DNA of 64,000 nt from Candidatus Helarchaeota archaeon (GCA_019058315.1 JAHPZH010000002.1:1133910-1197909), one strand, 5' to 3'. Shown: positions 30,534-41,156, counted from the first letter of the stretch. Numbers and translations: made by a program. Notes: generated from the sequence alone by a model not told the origin.

Positions 30534-31946
30534 TCAGCGAACCTCCCATTCAATCTTCCCAGGATTCATTATTTTATTGGGATCAAAAATATTTTTGACT
30601 TTGTTAATCAATTTTGAATAATTTCCAATCTTTGAATATACTACCTTCTTTAATGGACCATAAGGTATATCGATAAATGCCCCAGATTTAAGCGCTAATT
30701 CACCTAAACTCGAGAAAAATTGTCGGAATTTGATGATATTTTCTTCATTTATAAGATTTGTATAAAGATCAAATTCTACATAAGCCACACGATTTCGTTC
30801 AACTGGTATGATAGATACTCCTAACTCGATATTGAAATCATTAAATTCCCTTAATTCATCTGAAATAGCTGAATGAAGTTTTAAAAATCTATTTAGTGTG
30901 ATATATAGCGGGAGATCATAATGCTGACTTTTTAATCCAGCAGGGCTATTAAATTCTTTTAATATTATTGCCTCTAATTGAGATATTAACTCATTTTTTT
31001 CGATATTTATTGAACTTTCTTTAATTAAATCATATATTGCTTCTTTTTCGTAAGCGATTTTTTCCTCAGGTAAGCGTTCAAGCCCTTCCAGACAAATTAG
31101 AAATATCCAATCAGGAAATTTGGCATTTTTATTTTCAATATTTAGATATTCCAAAGCATTGCATTTATTAAGAATAAGACATTCAGTTCCGATTTCTTTA
31201 CGTTCAACTTTATAAACAAAATCAATAAGATCTTCAAGCTTTTGAAAAGGAATAGATACTATTTCTTGAATTTGGGGTTTAGGTTTAACACGAATTGATG
31301 CTTTAGTGACAATACCTAAACCACCTCTTGCACCATGAAATATTCTAAAATAATCTAATGTTGAACCATAGGGATAAACAGGGGGACTTTTAGAAGAAGC
31401 CATAGAGCCCGTCCTAAAAATTTCACCATTGCCTAAAACAACCTCTAAATTTACTACGAGATCATTGTACTCAAATTTTGGCATAGCGAAAAATGGATAT
31501 CGTCCTAAATATGAAGATATTATCGAATCAGAATTTGAAAAAATAGTCGGAATTGTTCTTAAACCAACCTTATCAAGTTCATCTTGTAATTGTTGATAAG
31601 TTACACCAGGTTCTATAACTACATACATACTATTATTATCGATAGATAAAATTTGATTCATCATTTGTAAATCTATTATTAAACCACCGTTTTCAGGAAT
31701 TGTACCACCATATCGATTCAATTTCGAGCTTTTCGGAATGATAGGTATTATATTTTGGCTTGCAATTTGAATAATTCTTTGAATTTCACCTATATTTTTA
31801 GGCATGACAATAAGATCGGGAATCTTTGATTCAATTAAAGGAAAATGTAAACTTTGAGAATATTTTTTTAACATTTTTACTTCATGAACTACATTTTCTT
31901 CTCCAACTAAATCAAATATTTTTGTTTTTAACTCCTCTAAGTTCAT
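30534..31946 (-). CDS. FAD-binding oxidoreductase (VAO/GlcD family)
   Basis: IIDLQMMNQI, IEPGVTY, LEVVLGNGEIFRTGS, G.LGIVT, KNIFDPNKIMNPGK. Confidence 0.9.
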   Translation of the reverse strand: MNLEELKTKIFDLVGEENVVHEVKMLKKYSQSLHFPLIESKIPDLIVMPKNIGEIQRIIQIASQNIIPIIPKSSKLNRYGGTIPENGGLIIDLQMMNQILSIDNNSMYVVIEPGVTYQQLQDELDKVGLRTIPTIFSNSDSIISSYLGRYPFFAMPKFEYNDLVVNLEVVLGNGEIFRTGSMASSKSPPVYPYGSTLDYFRIFHGARGGLGIVTKASIRVKPKPQIQEIVSIPFQKLEDLIDFVYKVERKEIGTECLILNKCNALEYLNIENKNAKFPDWIFLICLEGLERLPEEKIAYEKEAIYDLIKESSINIEKNELISQLEAIILKEFNSPAGLKSQHYDLPLYITLNRFLKLHSAISDELREFNDFNIELGVSIIPVERNRVAYVEFDLYTNLINEENIIKFRQFFSSLGELALKSGAFIDIPYGPLKKVVYSKIGNYSKLINKVKNIFDPNKIMNPGKIEWEVR

Positions 31947-32145
31947 TTCTTTAACTCCTCGGAAGTTTTATCGGATTATAGTATATGATTTCTATTTATA
32001 GATTTATCGAATTAAAATAATTTTTATTAAAGTATAATTACTAAAAAAATATCTGCAATAAATTTATGAAGGATGAAAACACATACATAGAATTATTCAT
32101 CAGAATTGCATAAAAATCTTTTAGAAAAAATTAGAGGTGTTTTGG

Positions 32146-32976
32146 ATGCGTTATAAAGGTTTTAAACTTCTCAAAATTCGTATTGATCGCGGAGTTGCGT
32201 TTGTAACTATTGATAATCCACCGATTAATGTTCTAACTATGGATTTAGTAGCAGAACTCAGCCGTTTAGCAACAAAGGTCAAAAAAGACGATGATGTACG
32301 TGTAATCGTTTTTGATAGCGCCAATCCGGACTTTTTTATAGCTCATTTTGATGTTAATTTTCTCGCCCAAGCACCAGATGAAGTCCCACCTAAACCTACT
32401 CAACCTCATGTGCTTCATCAAGTGAATGAAGCATTTCGTACTATGCCAAAGGTCTCAATTGCTAAGATTGAAGGTATAAATCGTGGTGGTGGTAGTGAGT
32501 TTGTATTGGCTCTAGATATGAGGTTCGGAGCCATTGGTAAGGCTGTTCTGGCCCAACCAGAAATCATGATAGGTATAATACCCGGTGGGGGTAGCACACA
32601 AAGACTTCCACGTCTCTTGGGGCGTTCCCGAGCTCTAGAAGTCGTGCTTAGTGGTTTGGACCTTTCAGCTGAATTGGCTGAAAAGTATGGGTACATAAAC
32701 CGTGCTCTTCCTCCAGATAAAATAACGTCAGTTGTTAATGCTCTAGCCTATCGAATTGCTTCCTTCCCAGCTGAGACAATCGCATTAGCTAAAAAAGCTG
32801 TACTGGCAGCCGAGGAGTTGCCGCTCAAAGAAGGGTTACTCGAAGAAGAACATTTATTTAATCAATCATTAGCTCTACCAGCAGCTAAGGAACGAATGAA
32901 AATGTTCCTCGAATTTGGTGGTCAAACACGCGAAACGGAACTTAATTTGTCTAATTTATTAGATAAAATTAGTTAA
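32146..32976 (+). CDS. enoyl-CoA hydratase/isomerase (crotonase) family protein
   Basis: DNPPIN, FFIAHFD, GINRGGGSEF, QPEI.IGIIPGGGSTQRL; ATG after GAGGTG. Confidence 0.92.
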   Translation: MRYKGFKLLKIRIDRGVAFVTIDNPPINVLTMDLVAELSRLATKVKKDDDVRVIVFDSANPDFFIAHFDVNFLAQAPDEVPPKPTQPHVLHQVNEAFRTMPKVSIAKIEGINRGGGSEFVLALDMRFGAIGKAVLAQPEIMIGIIPGGGSTQRLPRLLGRSRALEVVLSGLDLSAELAEKYGYINRALPPDKITSVVNALAYRIASFPAETIALAKKAVLAAEELPLKEGLLEEEHLFNQSLALPAAKERMKMFLEFGGQTRETELNLSNLLDKIS

Positions 32977-33021
32977 AATTGAGAGCAATAACAATCTCCT
33001 TATTTTTTTAACAATGAGTTT

Positions 33022-34758
33022 ATGAGTGAAATTGTTATGACTGAAAAGGATGAAGTAAAGGAAAAATTGGTAGACCCCGAGTCTATAAAGGAATTGGAAA
33101 AAGAAAAACGGAAAAAATCCAGAAAAAAAAGAAGAGAAGAAGAACAAAAAATAATGTTTCCTACAAAGATGACCAGATATATTTGGTTTGTTATCATTTT
33201 CGCTTCACTTGTCAATGGTTTTGATAGTTGGTGTTCAGTTGCACTCAACTTGGCTATGGGATCATTAGTTGAAAATTATGATATTTTAGGGAAATTAACA
33301 AACCCGAATCTATTTGTATACTTTGGTCTCGCAGGCAGTCCTGTTACGATGGGGGTTATACTTAGCATTGCGGGGACTGGAGTCATTGCTGCAACTTCAT
33401 TTAAATACTTGACTGATAAATATGGTCGAAGACCATTAACCCTTTTGACCGCTATTCTCTTTACAGCTTTTACTGTTTTAACAGCATTTGCACCAGCAAC
33501 TTCCGAAGGTTTGTTAATATTTCTTACTTTTAGAGTTTGCTCAAATTTCTTTCTTGCTGCTGATGTTGTAATAATAATCGTAGCCGAAGAAAGTCCCAAT
33601 CATTTACGAGGACGGTTAATTGGAATAGTGTTTGCATTAAGTGCACTTGGAGGAACGGCTTGTGGGCTGGTTCAATCAGCAGGAGTTAGAATTCCGATCC
33701 CTGGTCCTTGGGGATTTGGTGGATCTTGGTCAAGTCACATGACTGTTTGGCAAAGTATGTTCTTTCTATCCATAATTGGCTATTTATTTATTATTCCTCT
33801 GTTTTTCTTTCTTAAGGAGACCGGACCATTTAAAGTCATGAAAAAATATGAGGATTGGAGAAAGAAGAAGGGGTTAAAACCTAAAACTGGTTGGTTTACT
33901 CCTCTACAAAGAAAATATGCACGTGGTCTAACTGTTGGTTGTGTTATTGTATTTCTAGCTCAATTGATGTATTTTTCTCAAGGAACATTTTTTGCACTTT
34001 ATTATGCAAAAGAACTTAATGTAAGTACTGGACGTTTGGGAATTTTATCATTCCCGGTGTTAGTATCGGGAGGGCTTGGGCTTTTTATAGCTGGTTCAGT
34101 TATTGATAGATGGGGAAGATTACCGACTCTACACCGGGCTGGTATGGGAGCTATGATCACAGGCGCTTCATATGCTTGGCCGTCTATATTCATTGCTGGC
34201 GATATACCAAATTCTCTTATTACAGGTATTGTAGTATTAAGTTTATCATTATTTATTTTTTTTGTTACATTAATGCTTGTATGTGGTGCTTTGGCTGGGA
34301 TCGAAATGGTGCCAACCCATATTCGCTCGACTACCCAAGGATGGATAGGAGCTATTTCTCGAGCAGCTGTGATGGCGGTCCCAATAATGGTAATGTTCGG
34401 AGCGGAAGCTGTAGGTGGATTAGGGCTTTCATATCAATTTATTTTTGCATTAAATGTAATGCCTTTAACAACAATTATGTTTACAGTTTACGTTTTGGCT
34501 GTTGAAGGAAAAGGACGTCAAATCGATGAAATAGTAGCTACAGAAATTTACTCTAAAATGAAGAGGGTGAGCGATTATAATAAACCTTATTACTACTATT
34601 TTCTTACTATGACTGCACAATTTACTTGCCTAACGATATACGGTCTCACAACAAATGGAACTCTTTTAGGCATAATTATAATGGTCAGTATATATTTTAG
34701 TATATCAATTATATGTTTTATAATAATTATAATTGTCCGAGGATGGTTCACAGAATAG
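33022..34758 (+). CDS. MFS transporter (sugar-porter-like motifs) with two extra C-terminal TMs, paralogue 1
   Basis: LTDKYGRRP motif A, EESPNHLRGR, LKET, DRWGR, E.VPTHIRST, EGKG. Confidence 0.9.
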   Translation: MSEIVMTEKDEVKEKLVDPESIKELEKEKRKKSRKKRREEEQKIMFPTKMTRYIWFVIIFASLVNGFDSWCSVALNLAMGSLVENYDILGKLTNPNLFVYFGLAGSPVTMGVILSIAGTGVIAATSFKYLTDKYGRRPLTLLTAILFTAFTVLTAFAPATSEGLLIFLTFRVCSNFFLAADVVIIIVAEESPNHLRGRLIGIVFALSALGGTACGLVQSAGVRIPIPGPWGFGGSWSSHMTVWQSMFFLSIIGYLFIIPLFFFLKETGPFKVMKKYEDWRKKKGLKPKTGWFTPLQRKYARGLTVGCVIVFLAQLMYFSQGTFFALYYAKELNVSTGRLGILSFPVLVSGGLGLFIAGSVIDRWGRLPTLHRAGMGAMITGASYAWPSIFIAGDIPNSLITGIVVLSLSLFIFFVTLMLVCGALAGIEMVPTHIRSTTQGWIGAISRAAVMAVPIMVMFGAEAVGGLGLSYQFIFALNVMPLTTIMFTVYVLAVEGKGRQIDEIVATEIYSKMKRVSDYNKPYYYYFLTMTAQFTCLTIYGLTTNGTLLGIIIMVSIYFSISIICFIIIIIVRGWFTE

Positions 34759-34830
34759 AAACTATATTCAAATACCTCTCTGACAAATTTAAGAGAAATT
34801 GAGTAATTAACAGTCCAAGAGGGATATTAT

Positions 34831-34962
34831 TTACCTCCCTAACCACTCCTGAAATGAAAATAGAGGATCTCCTTTAAAAAATTCTAGATATATTAATGTA
34901 ATAATGATAAAAAATATACATAAACCAATGGCTACAACAGTATAGATTTGATAATTTTCCAT
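34831..34962 (-). CDS. unannotated 43-aa single-TM microprotein, paralogue 1
   Basis: MENYQIYTVVAIGLCIFFIIITLIYLEFFKGDPLFSFQEWLGR*, AAGGT upstream; same-length paralogue at 36910-37041. Confidence 0.8.
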   Translation of the reverse strand: MENYQIYTVVAIGLCIFFIIITLIYLEFFKGDPLFSFQEWLGR

Positions 34963-35099
34963 CTTGTTTACCTTTTGAATCCTATAATTTAAATATATAT
35001 TTGAATATGTAGTTGTTTACCAAATTATTAAATTCTTATAATTTAAATTTTGAATTTGGAAATAATAACAAAAACCCCATTATATTTGACAAGGAGATT

Positions 35100-36836
35100 A
35101 TGCGAGAGATTTGTATGACTGAGAAGGACGAAGTAAAGGAAATAATTGCAGATCCAGAGTCTGTAAAAAAATTAGAAAAAGAAGAACGCAAAAAATCCAG
35201 AAAAAAAAGACGAGAAGAAGAAGAAAAAATAATGTTTCCTACAAAGATGACCAGATATATTTGGTTTGTCATAATCTTCGCTTCAATTGTCAATGGATTC
35301 GACAGTTGGTGTACAGTAGCAATCACTTTAGCTATGGGATCACTGGTAGAAACATATGATATTTTGGGGAGTTTAACAAATCCTAATCTTTTTGTATATT
35401 TTGGTCTCGCAGGCAGTCCTGTTACGATGGGGGTTATACTTAGCATTGCGGGGACTGGAGTCATTGCTGCAACTTCATTTAAATATCTGGTTGATAAATA
35501 TGGTAGAAGACCATTAACTCTTTGGACTTGTATTCTATTTACAGCTTTTTCTGTTTTAACTGCGTTCGCACCAGCTACATCTACTGGATTGGTAATATTT
35601 TTAATATTTAGAGTTTGCTCAAATTACTTTCTTGCTGCTGATGTTGTAATAATAATCGTAGCCGAAGAAAGCCCAAACCACTTACGAGGACGATTAATTG
35701 GAATAGTTTTTGCATTAAGCGCATTTGGTGGAACAGCTTGTGGAATGGTCCAATCAGCAGGAGTTCGAATTCCGATTGCTGGACCTTGGGGATTTAATGG
35801 AGCTTGGTCAAGTCACATGACTGTTTGGCAAAGCATGTTCTTCCTATCCATAATTGGCTACTTATTTATTATTCCACTATTTTTATTTCTTAAGGAGACT
35901 GGACCATTTAAAGTAATGAAAAAATATGAGGATTGGAGAAAGAAGAAGGGGTTAAAGCCTAAAACTGGTTGGTTTACTCCTTTACAAAGAAAATATGCAC
36001 GGGGTATGGCAGCTGGTTGCGTTGTAGGGTTTTTAGCTCAATTAATGGCATATGCTCAAGGTACATTTTTTGCAATTTATTTTGCAAAAGAATTGAATTT
36101 AACTCCTGATGTGTTAGGAGTTTTAGCATTCCCTGTATTAATGGCTGGAGGAGTTGGACTTTTTATAGCTGGTCCAGTTATTGATAAATGGGGTAGACTA
36201 CCTACTATTCATAGATTCGGTGTTGGAGGTTTAATTGCATATGCATCATTCGTATGGCCTTCTGTTTTTATTGTTGGTGACTTACCCAATGCCCTTATTA
36301 CTGGTATAGTCACATTCAGCACCGCTTTGGGTGCCTTTTGTGTTACTATAATGGTTGTTTGTGGTGCACTTATTGGTATTGAATATTTTCCAACTCATAT
36401 CCGAAGTACTGCAGGGGGATGGATCGGTGCAATCTCAAGAGGAGCCGTTATGGCTGCCCCAATAATGGTGATGTTCGGGGCTGAAAGCATAGGTGGGTTA
36501 GGGTTATCATATCAGTATATATTCGCACTTATGGGAATGCCGTTGACGACTGTTATGTTTACCGCTTATGTATTGGGTGCTGAAGGGAAAGGTCGGGGAC
36601 TTGATGAGATAGTAGCTGCAGAAATCTATACTAAAATGAAGAAAGATAGGGAGTATAAGAGACCATATTATTACTATTTTATTTCTATGATTGTACAATT
36701 CGTTTCCCTTACAATATACGGTCTTTGTACTAGCGGAAGCATTTTTGGCATAATTTCAATGGTTAGTTTATATTTTATTTTATCAGTAATATGTTTCCTT
36801 ATAATAATGAAGGTTCGAGGAATGGTCACAGAGTAA
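35100..36836 (+). CDS. MFS transporter with two extra C-terminal TMs, paralogue 2
   Basis: colinear with paralogue 1 from MREICMTEKDEVKE (ATG 35100); same motifs. Confidence 0.9.
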   Translation: MREICMTEKDEVKEIIADPESVKKLEKEERKKSRKKRREEEEKIMFPTKMTRYIWFVIIFASIVNGFDSWCTVAITLAMGSLVETYDILGSLTNPNLFVYFGLAGSPVTMGVILSIAGTGVIAATSFKYLVDKYGRRPLTLWTCILFTAFSVLTAFAPATSTGLVIFLIFRVCSNYFLAADVVIIIVAEESPNHLRGRLIGIVFALSAFGGTACGMVQSAGVRIPIAGPWGFNGAWSSHMTVWQSMFFLSIIGYLFIIPLFLFLKETGPFKVMKKYEDWRKKKGLKPKTGWFTPLQRKYARGMAAGCVVGFLAQLMAYAQGTFFAIYFAKELNLTPDVLGVLAFPVLMAGGVGLFIAGPVIDKWGRLPTIHRFGVGGLIAYASFVWPSVFIVGDLPNALITGIVTFSTALGAFCVTIMVVCGALIGIEYFPTHIRSTAGGWIGAISRGAVMAAPIMVMFGAESIGGLGLSYQYIFALMGMPLTTVMFTAYVLGAEGKGRGLDEIVAAEIYTKMKKDREYKRPYYYYFISMIVQFVSLTIYGLCTSGSIFGIISMVSLYFILSVICFLIIMKVRGMVTE

Positions 36837-36909
36837 GGATTTATATTTAAATATGGTTTTAATCAAATTAAGAATGATCTACTCTCTATTAAAAAATAAG
36901 GGAAATCTT

Positions 36910-37041
36910 TTATCTCCCTAACCAATCCTGAAGTGCAAATAGAGGATCACTTTTAAAAAATACAAGATAGGTTATTGTAACAATTACAAAAATTAAACTT
37001 ACACCAATAACTGCAATAGTATAAACTTTATAATCTTCCAA
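36910..37041 (-). CDS. unannotated 43-aa single-TM microprotein, paralogue 2
   Basis: TTG start after GTGA: MEDYKVYTIAVIGVSLIFVIVTITYLVFFKSDPLFALQDWLGR*. Confidence 0.8.
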   Translation of the reverse strand: MEDYKVYTIAVIGVSLIFVIVTITYLVFFKSDPLFALQDWLGR

Positions 37042-37212
37042 TTTATTCACAGCTTCTTTTTTTTTCCTTTATTTTTCATATTAATACTTAATAATTTTTA
37101 TCTTAATTTTCTGTTTTGAAAGAAAATATGATAAATCTTCTTATAAATTGAACTTTATTTTTATTGGATAAAAAAAAATAGATTTCATACATTTTAAAAA
37201 GAAATTTCAGCA

Positions 37213-39012
37213 CTATAAGCTGAAATATCGCCTTTTTTGAGAATCATCCATACCCTTAATCCAAAAAAATGCGTCTTCTTTATTATCTACTAAATTATTT
37301 TTTCCTTTTAAAATACTGTTCCATGGAAAAGATTTTGGATCAAACAGACCTATTCCTGAATCTGTCCACCATTCAATGCGTTGTTTTATCATTTCAAGAG
37401 AACGATGGTCCCAAACTTGAAAAGAAGTATAACATTGGAATGTATCCATTTTTCTCATAGCTTGAAAAATTTTTTGAGTGATAATATTTTTTCGTCTTTT
37501 AGAATCAAGAGAATAATATTGAAAAAGTAGAATTAAAATTTCAGTCGCTTCCTGAATACTTTTCAATGGTTCTAGTACTTCTTTTTGTTGTTTAATTATC
37601 CTTTTTAAAATTTTGTTGCATTCTTTTAATTTATCACCGTCTAAAGTTCTCCAAAAATCCTCAAGTAATAAAATTGCATTTTTAACATCTTCTTTTTCGT
37701 TCATAGAAGATGAAAGCAAACCCGCAACTTCGCTGCTGATTTCATTACCTCCAATTTCAGGATTCCAAAGATATCTTCCGAAAACATAATCATCGATAAA
37801 ACGGGTTTTAGGTAATACCCTATACCCAACCATACCTTTCAAATTTGGACCTAATGCTTTTATTGAATCTGTTATTCTTTCTTTTAACAAATGTATATGA
37901 GGTCTTGGAAATATCAATTGGTTTTCCATACCAGCTTCTGGATCGATTAAAAATACAAAATCATATACCTCGTAACCTTGCTCTATAGCCATTTTTAGTG
38001 TTTTTTGGGTTATATCTAAAATCTTAATATCCTTTGGAAATTTCGAAAATAATTGATCTCGGAGCCCCTCGATAGGTGGAATTTCAAAATCTTCTTTAAT
38101 ATTCGCAAACCAGGTCATAAAGAAGAGCCGTTTCGAGTTTCCATTTTCTTTAATAAATTTCAGATGTTCAACAAGTAGATCGGCAATATTATTCCTACAA
38201 TATTCGCAATTACAACCTCCACCTTCAAAAGAAATCGAAGCATGACTAGGAACTGTATTAAATCTTTTAATTGTGTATTTAAGGAGTTTATCACCAATCG
38301 CTTTTCCTTTTTGGGTACAATGAGTAACTCCCTGATAAAGAAAGATTTCTGCTCTAATCTCTGGGAATTTAATCCATAATTCGGTAGGGATTTCATCAAA
38401 AACATATAATGAAATGATTTCAAGACCTATATCTGCGGCATATTTAAATACTTTATCTAAAACGTCATATCTCCATGCATTTTTTTCCAATTCTTCGTAA
38501 TCAGGATGATATAACATTACTGCATGCATTATAAACATAATTGAGTTGTAATTAAATGACCGAAGCCTATTGAAATATTCTTTCCACTGTGAGAACGTCC
38601 AATTTTCAGTCGAAAGATCCCCTAATCCATAAGGCATATTTACCATCATACAACGTGTTTCAAAGAATGGAGTTTCAAATATATTCCAATCAATTGAAAA
38701 AGGATCTTGTGTTTGCTGTTCCTTTAGCTTCATATGTAGATAATATATTCCATTTGCAAGACCTTGGTCCCCTATAGATGAAATAAAAATATCTTCATTT
38801 TTGCTATAAATTAGAAAATCATCAATTTTTTTCAGTTTATTTGCATTCTCTAAATTTAATTTTCGAATTTCTTCTGAATTATTTTGCAAAGTTAGAAAAG
38901 TAATAGTTCTAGTTGAATTTGAATCTGATTCTCCAATCCAACTTGCTAAAACCTTAATAGCTTGTTCAATTTGTTTGGTTTTATTATTATTATAACTTAT
39001 TTTATAAGTCAT
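37213..39012 (-). CDS. putative glycoside hydrolase (GH20/GH67-type N-domain + TIM barrel, CxCxxC), paralogue 1
   Basis: DDFLI...IFISSIGDQGLANGIYYL; TPFFETR...W....WKEY..RL....YN; FEGGGCNCEYC; no signal peptide. Confidence 0.6.
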   Translation of the reverse strand: MTYKISYNNNKTKQIEQAIKVLASWIGESDSNSTRTITFLTLQNNSEEIRKLNLENANKLKKIDDFLIYSKNEDIFISSIGDQGLANGIYYLHMKLKEQQTQDPFSIDWNIFETPFFETRCMMVNMPYGLGDLSTENWTFSQWKEYFNRLRSFNYNSIMFIMHAVMLYHPDYEELEKNAWRYDVLDKVFKYAADIGLEIISLYVFDEIPTELWIKFPEIRAEIFLYQGVTHCTQKGKAIGDKLLKYTIKRFNTVPSHASISFEGGGCNCEYCRNNIADLLVEHLKFIKENGNSKRLFFMTWFANIKEDFEIPPIEGLRDQLFSKFPKDIKILDITQKTLKMAIEQGYEVYDFVFLIDPEAGMENQLIFPRPHIHLLKERITDSIKALGPNLKGMVGYRVLPKTRFIDDYVFGRYLWNPEIGGNEISSEVAGLLSSSMNEKEDVKNAILLLEDFWRTLDGDKLKECNKILKRIIKQQKEVLEPLKSIQEATEILILLFQYYSLDSKRRKNIITQKIFQAMRKMDTFQCYTSFQVWDHRSLEMIKQRIEWWTDSGIGLFDPKSFPWNSILKGKNNLVDNKEDAFFWIKGMDDSQKRRYFSL

Positions 39013-39154
39013 TTCTTTTCAACATATTTCCATTTGTAGAGTGTATGCAATTTTTATATTTTAATTATTTAACTTTTTCGCAAATTTAAATTTACAAATG
39101 TTCTAGATTTATTGACATTTGAAAGTAAAGATTTTTAGTTTTACATAAAATATG

Positions 39155-40963
39155 TTATCCCCAAAATTGCGGAATTCTCATACCTTTAATCCAAGGTTGA
39201 ACATCTTTTTTCTCATCAATTAAATGATATTTTGCTTTTAAAAGACAGTTCCATGGAAATGATTTTGGATTAAAAAGTCCACTTCCAGGATCTGTCCACC
39301 AACGAACTCGCTGTTTTATCATCTCAAGTGACACAGCATTCCAAGCTTGATATGAGGTATAGCACTGGAATGTGTCCATCTCCCTCATAAGTTGAAATAT
39401 TTTTTGAATAAGCCCCTGTCTTCGTCTTTGGGAGTCAATCGAATAATATCGAAAGAGCAATTCTAAAATTATAATCGCTTCTTGGATGCTTTTCAATGGT
39501 TCTGATATATTTTTATTTTTTTTATTAACCATTTTTAAAATATTCTTACATTCCTTTAATTTTTCACCGTCAAAAGTTCTCCAAAAATCCTCAAGTAATA
39601 GAATTGCATTGGTTACGTTTTCTTTTTCCTTTATAGAAGAAGATAGCAAACCCGCAACTTCGCTAATGATGTTATTAACTTCAATTCCAGGATTCCAAAG
39701 ATATCTGCCTAAAAGATAATCATTAATAAAACGCGTTTTAGGTATTAATCTATAACCAACCATTCCTTTAAGATTTGAACCTAATGCTTTTATTGAATCT
39801 GAGATTCGTTCTTTTAACAAATTTATATGAGGTTTAGGAAAAAGGGATTGATTTTCCATACCTTCTTCAGGATCTATGAAAAATATAAAATCATATATCT
39901 CATAACCTTGATTTGCTGCCATTTTTAACGTTTTTCTGTTCACATCTATAATTTTTACTTCCTTTGGAACCTTAGAAAACAATTTTTCACGAAGTCCTTC
40001 AATTGGGGGTGATTCAAAATGCTCTTTTACATTGGCAAACCAGGTGCAAAAAAATAAATGCTTTGGTTGTGCATTTTTATTAATAAAATCCAAATAATTT
40101 ATAATAAGATCGACAATGTTGTTCCTACAATATTCACAATTGCATACTCCTCCCTCAAATGCAAACAGAGCATGACCATCCACATTTTTAAATCTATTGA
40201 GGGTGTAACTAAAAAGTTTTTCTCCAAACTTTCTTCCTTTTTCGCTACAATATGAAATACCTTGATAACCAAAGACTTTCGCTCTGATTTCTTGATGTTT
40301 AATCCATAAATCTGTTGGAATTTGATTAAAAACATATATTAAAATGATTTCTAGACCTATATCCCTTGCATAAGTAAAAACTTCTTCAAATATATCATAT
40401 TTCCAAGAATTTTTTCTCAATTCTTTAAAATTAGGATTATATAGCATCGCTCCTCCAATTGTAAACACAATCGAAGTATAGTTAAAAGATCGAAGTCTAT
40501 TTAGATACTCTATCCACTGTGAAAAAGTCCAAGTTTCAGTAGATAGCCCCCCCAAACCCAATGGAAAATGTAAGGTCACCCCTCGAGTTTCAAAATGTGG
40601 TGTTTGAAAAAGATCCCAATTAATGGAGAATGGGTCTTGTTTTTGACATTCTCTTAATTTCATGTACAAATAATATATAGCATTTGCAAGCCCTCGGTCC
40701 CCAATGGACAAAATAAAAATCTTATTTTCTTTATCTTGATTGTTTTTATTGTCACTAGAAATTAAAAAATCATCTACTTTTTTTAGATTATTCACTTTCT
40801 CTAAATTTAATTTTTGAATTTCTTTTGAATTATTTTGAAGTGTAAGAAAATTAAAAGTGTTTTTAGCATTTGAATCAGGTTTTCCAGCCCAACTTGTAAA
40901 AACCTTAATAGCTTGTTCGATTTGTTTGTTCCTATTTTTATTAAAATATATTTTGTAGGTCAA
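39155..40963 (-). CDS. putative glycoside hydrolase, paralogue 2
   Basis: colinear with paralogue 1; TPHFETRG, FEGGVCNCEYC; TTG start. Confidence 0.6.
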   Translation of the reverse strand: MTYKIYFNKNRNKQIEQAIKVFTSWAGKPDSNAKNTFNFLTLQNNSKEIQKLNLEKVNNLKKVDDFLISSDNKNNQDKENKIFILSIGDRGLANAIYYLYMKLRECQKQDPFSINWDLFQTPHFETRGVTLHFPLGLGGLSTETWTFSQWIEYLNRLRSFNYTSIVFTIGGAMLYNPNFKELRKNSWKYDIFEEVFTYARDIGLEIILIYVFNQIPTDLWIKHQEIRAKVFGYQGISYCSEKGRKFGEKLFSYTLNRFKNVDGHALFAFEGGVCNCEYCRNNIVDLIINYLDFINKNAQPKHLFFCTWFANVKEHFESPPIEGLREKLFSKVPKEVKIIDVNRKTLKMAANQGYEIYDFIFFIDPEEGMENQSLFPKPHINLLKERISDSIKALGSNLKGMVGYRLIPKTRFINDYLLGRYLWNPGIEVNNIISEVAGLLSSSIKEKENVTNAILLLEDFWRTFDGEKLKECKNILKMVNKKNKNISEPLKSIQEAIIILELLFRYYSIDSQRRRQGLIQKIFQLMREMDTFQCYTSYQAWNAVSLEMIKQRVRWWTDPGSGLFNPKSFPWNCLLKAKYHLIDEKKDVQPWIKGMRIPQFWG

Positions 40964-41156
40964 TTAAAATTCACTATTGTTTATAAATTGGGGATATTCT
41001 CCTTATAAATCAGTTTTATATAACAGTTCTGCAATTCTAGAGCATATTTAATTACTAGTTTAAGGATATTTAAACGTCATACAATAAATATTTAAATAAA
41101 TGTTATCTAGTTTAGGTCATTAATTTTGGTTTAAAAAGATTTATTTGGTGAAAAAA

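Larger units (their letters stand above)
33022..37041. repeat. tandem duplication of a ~2-kb MFS + microprotein unit
   Basis: units 33022-34962 and 35100-37041; includes an 86-bp identical stretch (33322-33407 = 35400-35485). Confidence 0.9.

Noticed and set aside
35013-35099. ORF-track N-terminal extension of MFS paralogue 2
   Set aside because: Not shared with paralogue 1; alignment begins at ATG 35100 and the extension is AT-rich promoter-like DNA.
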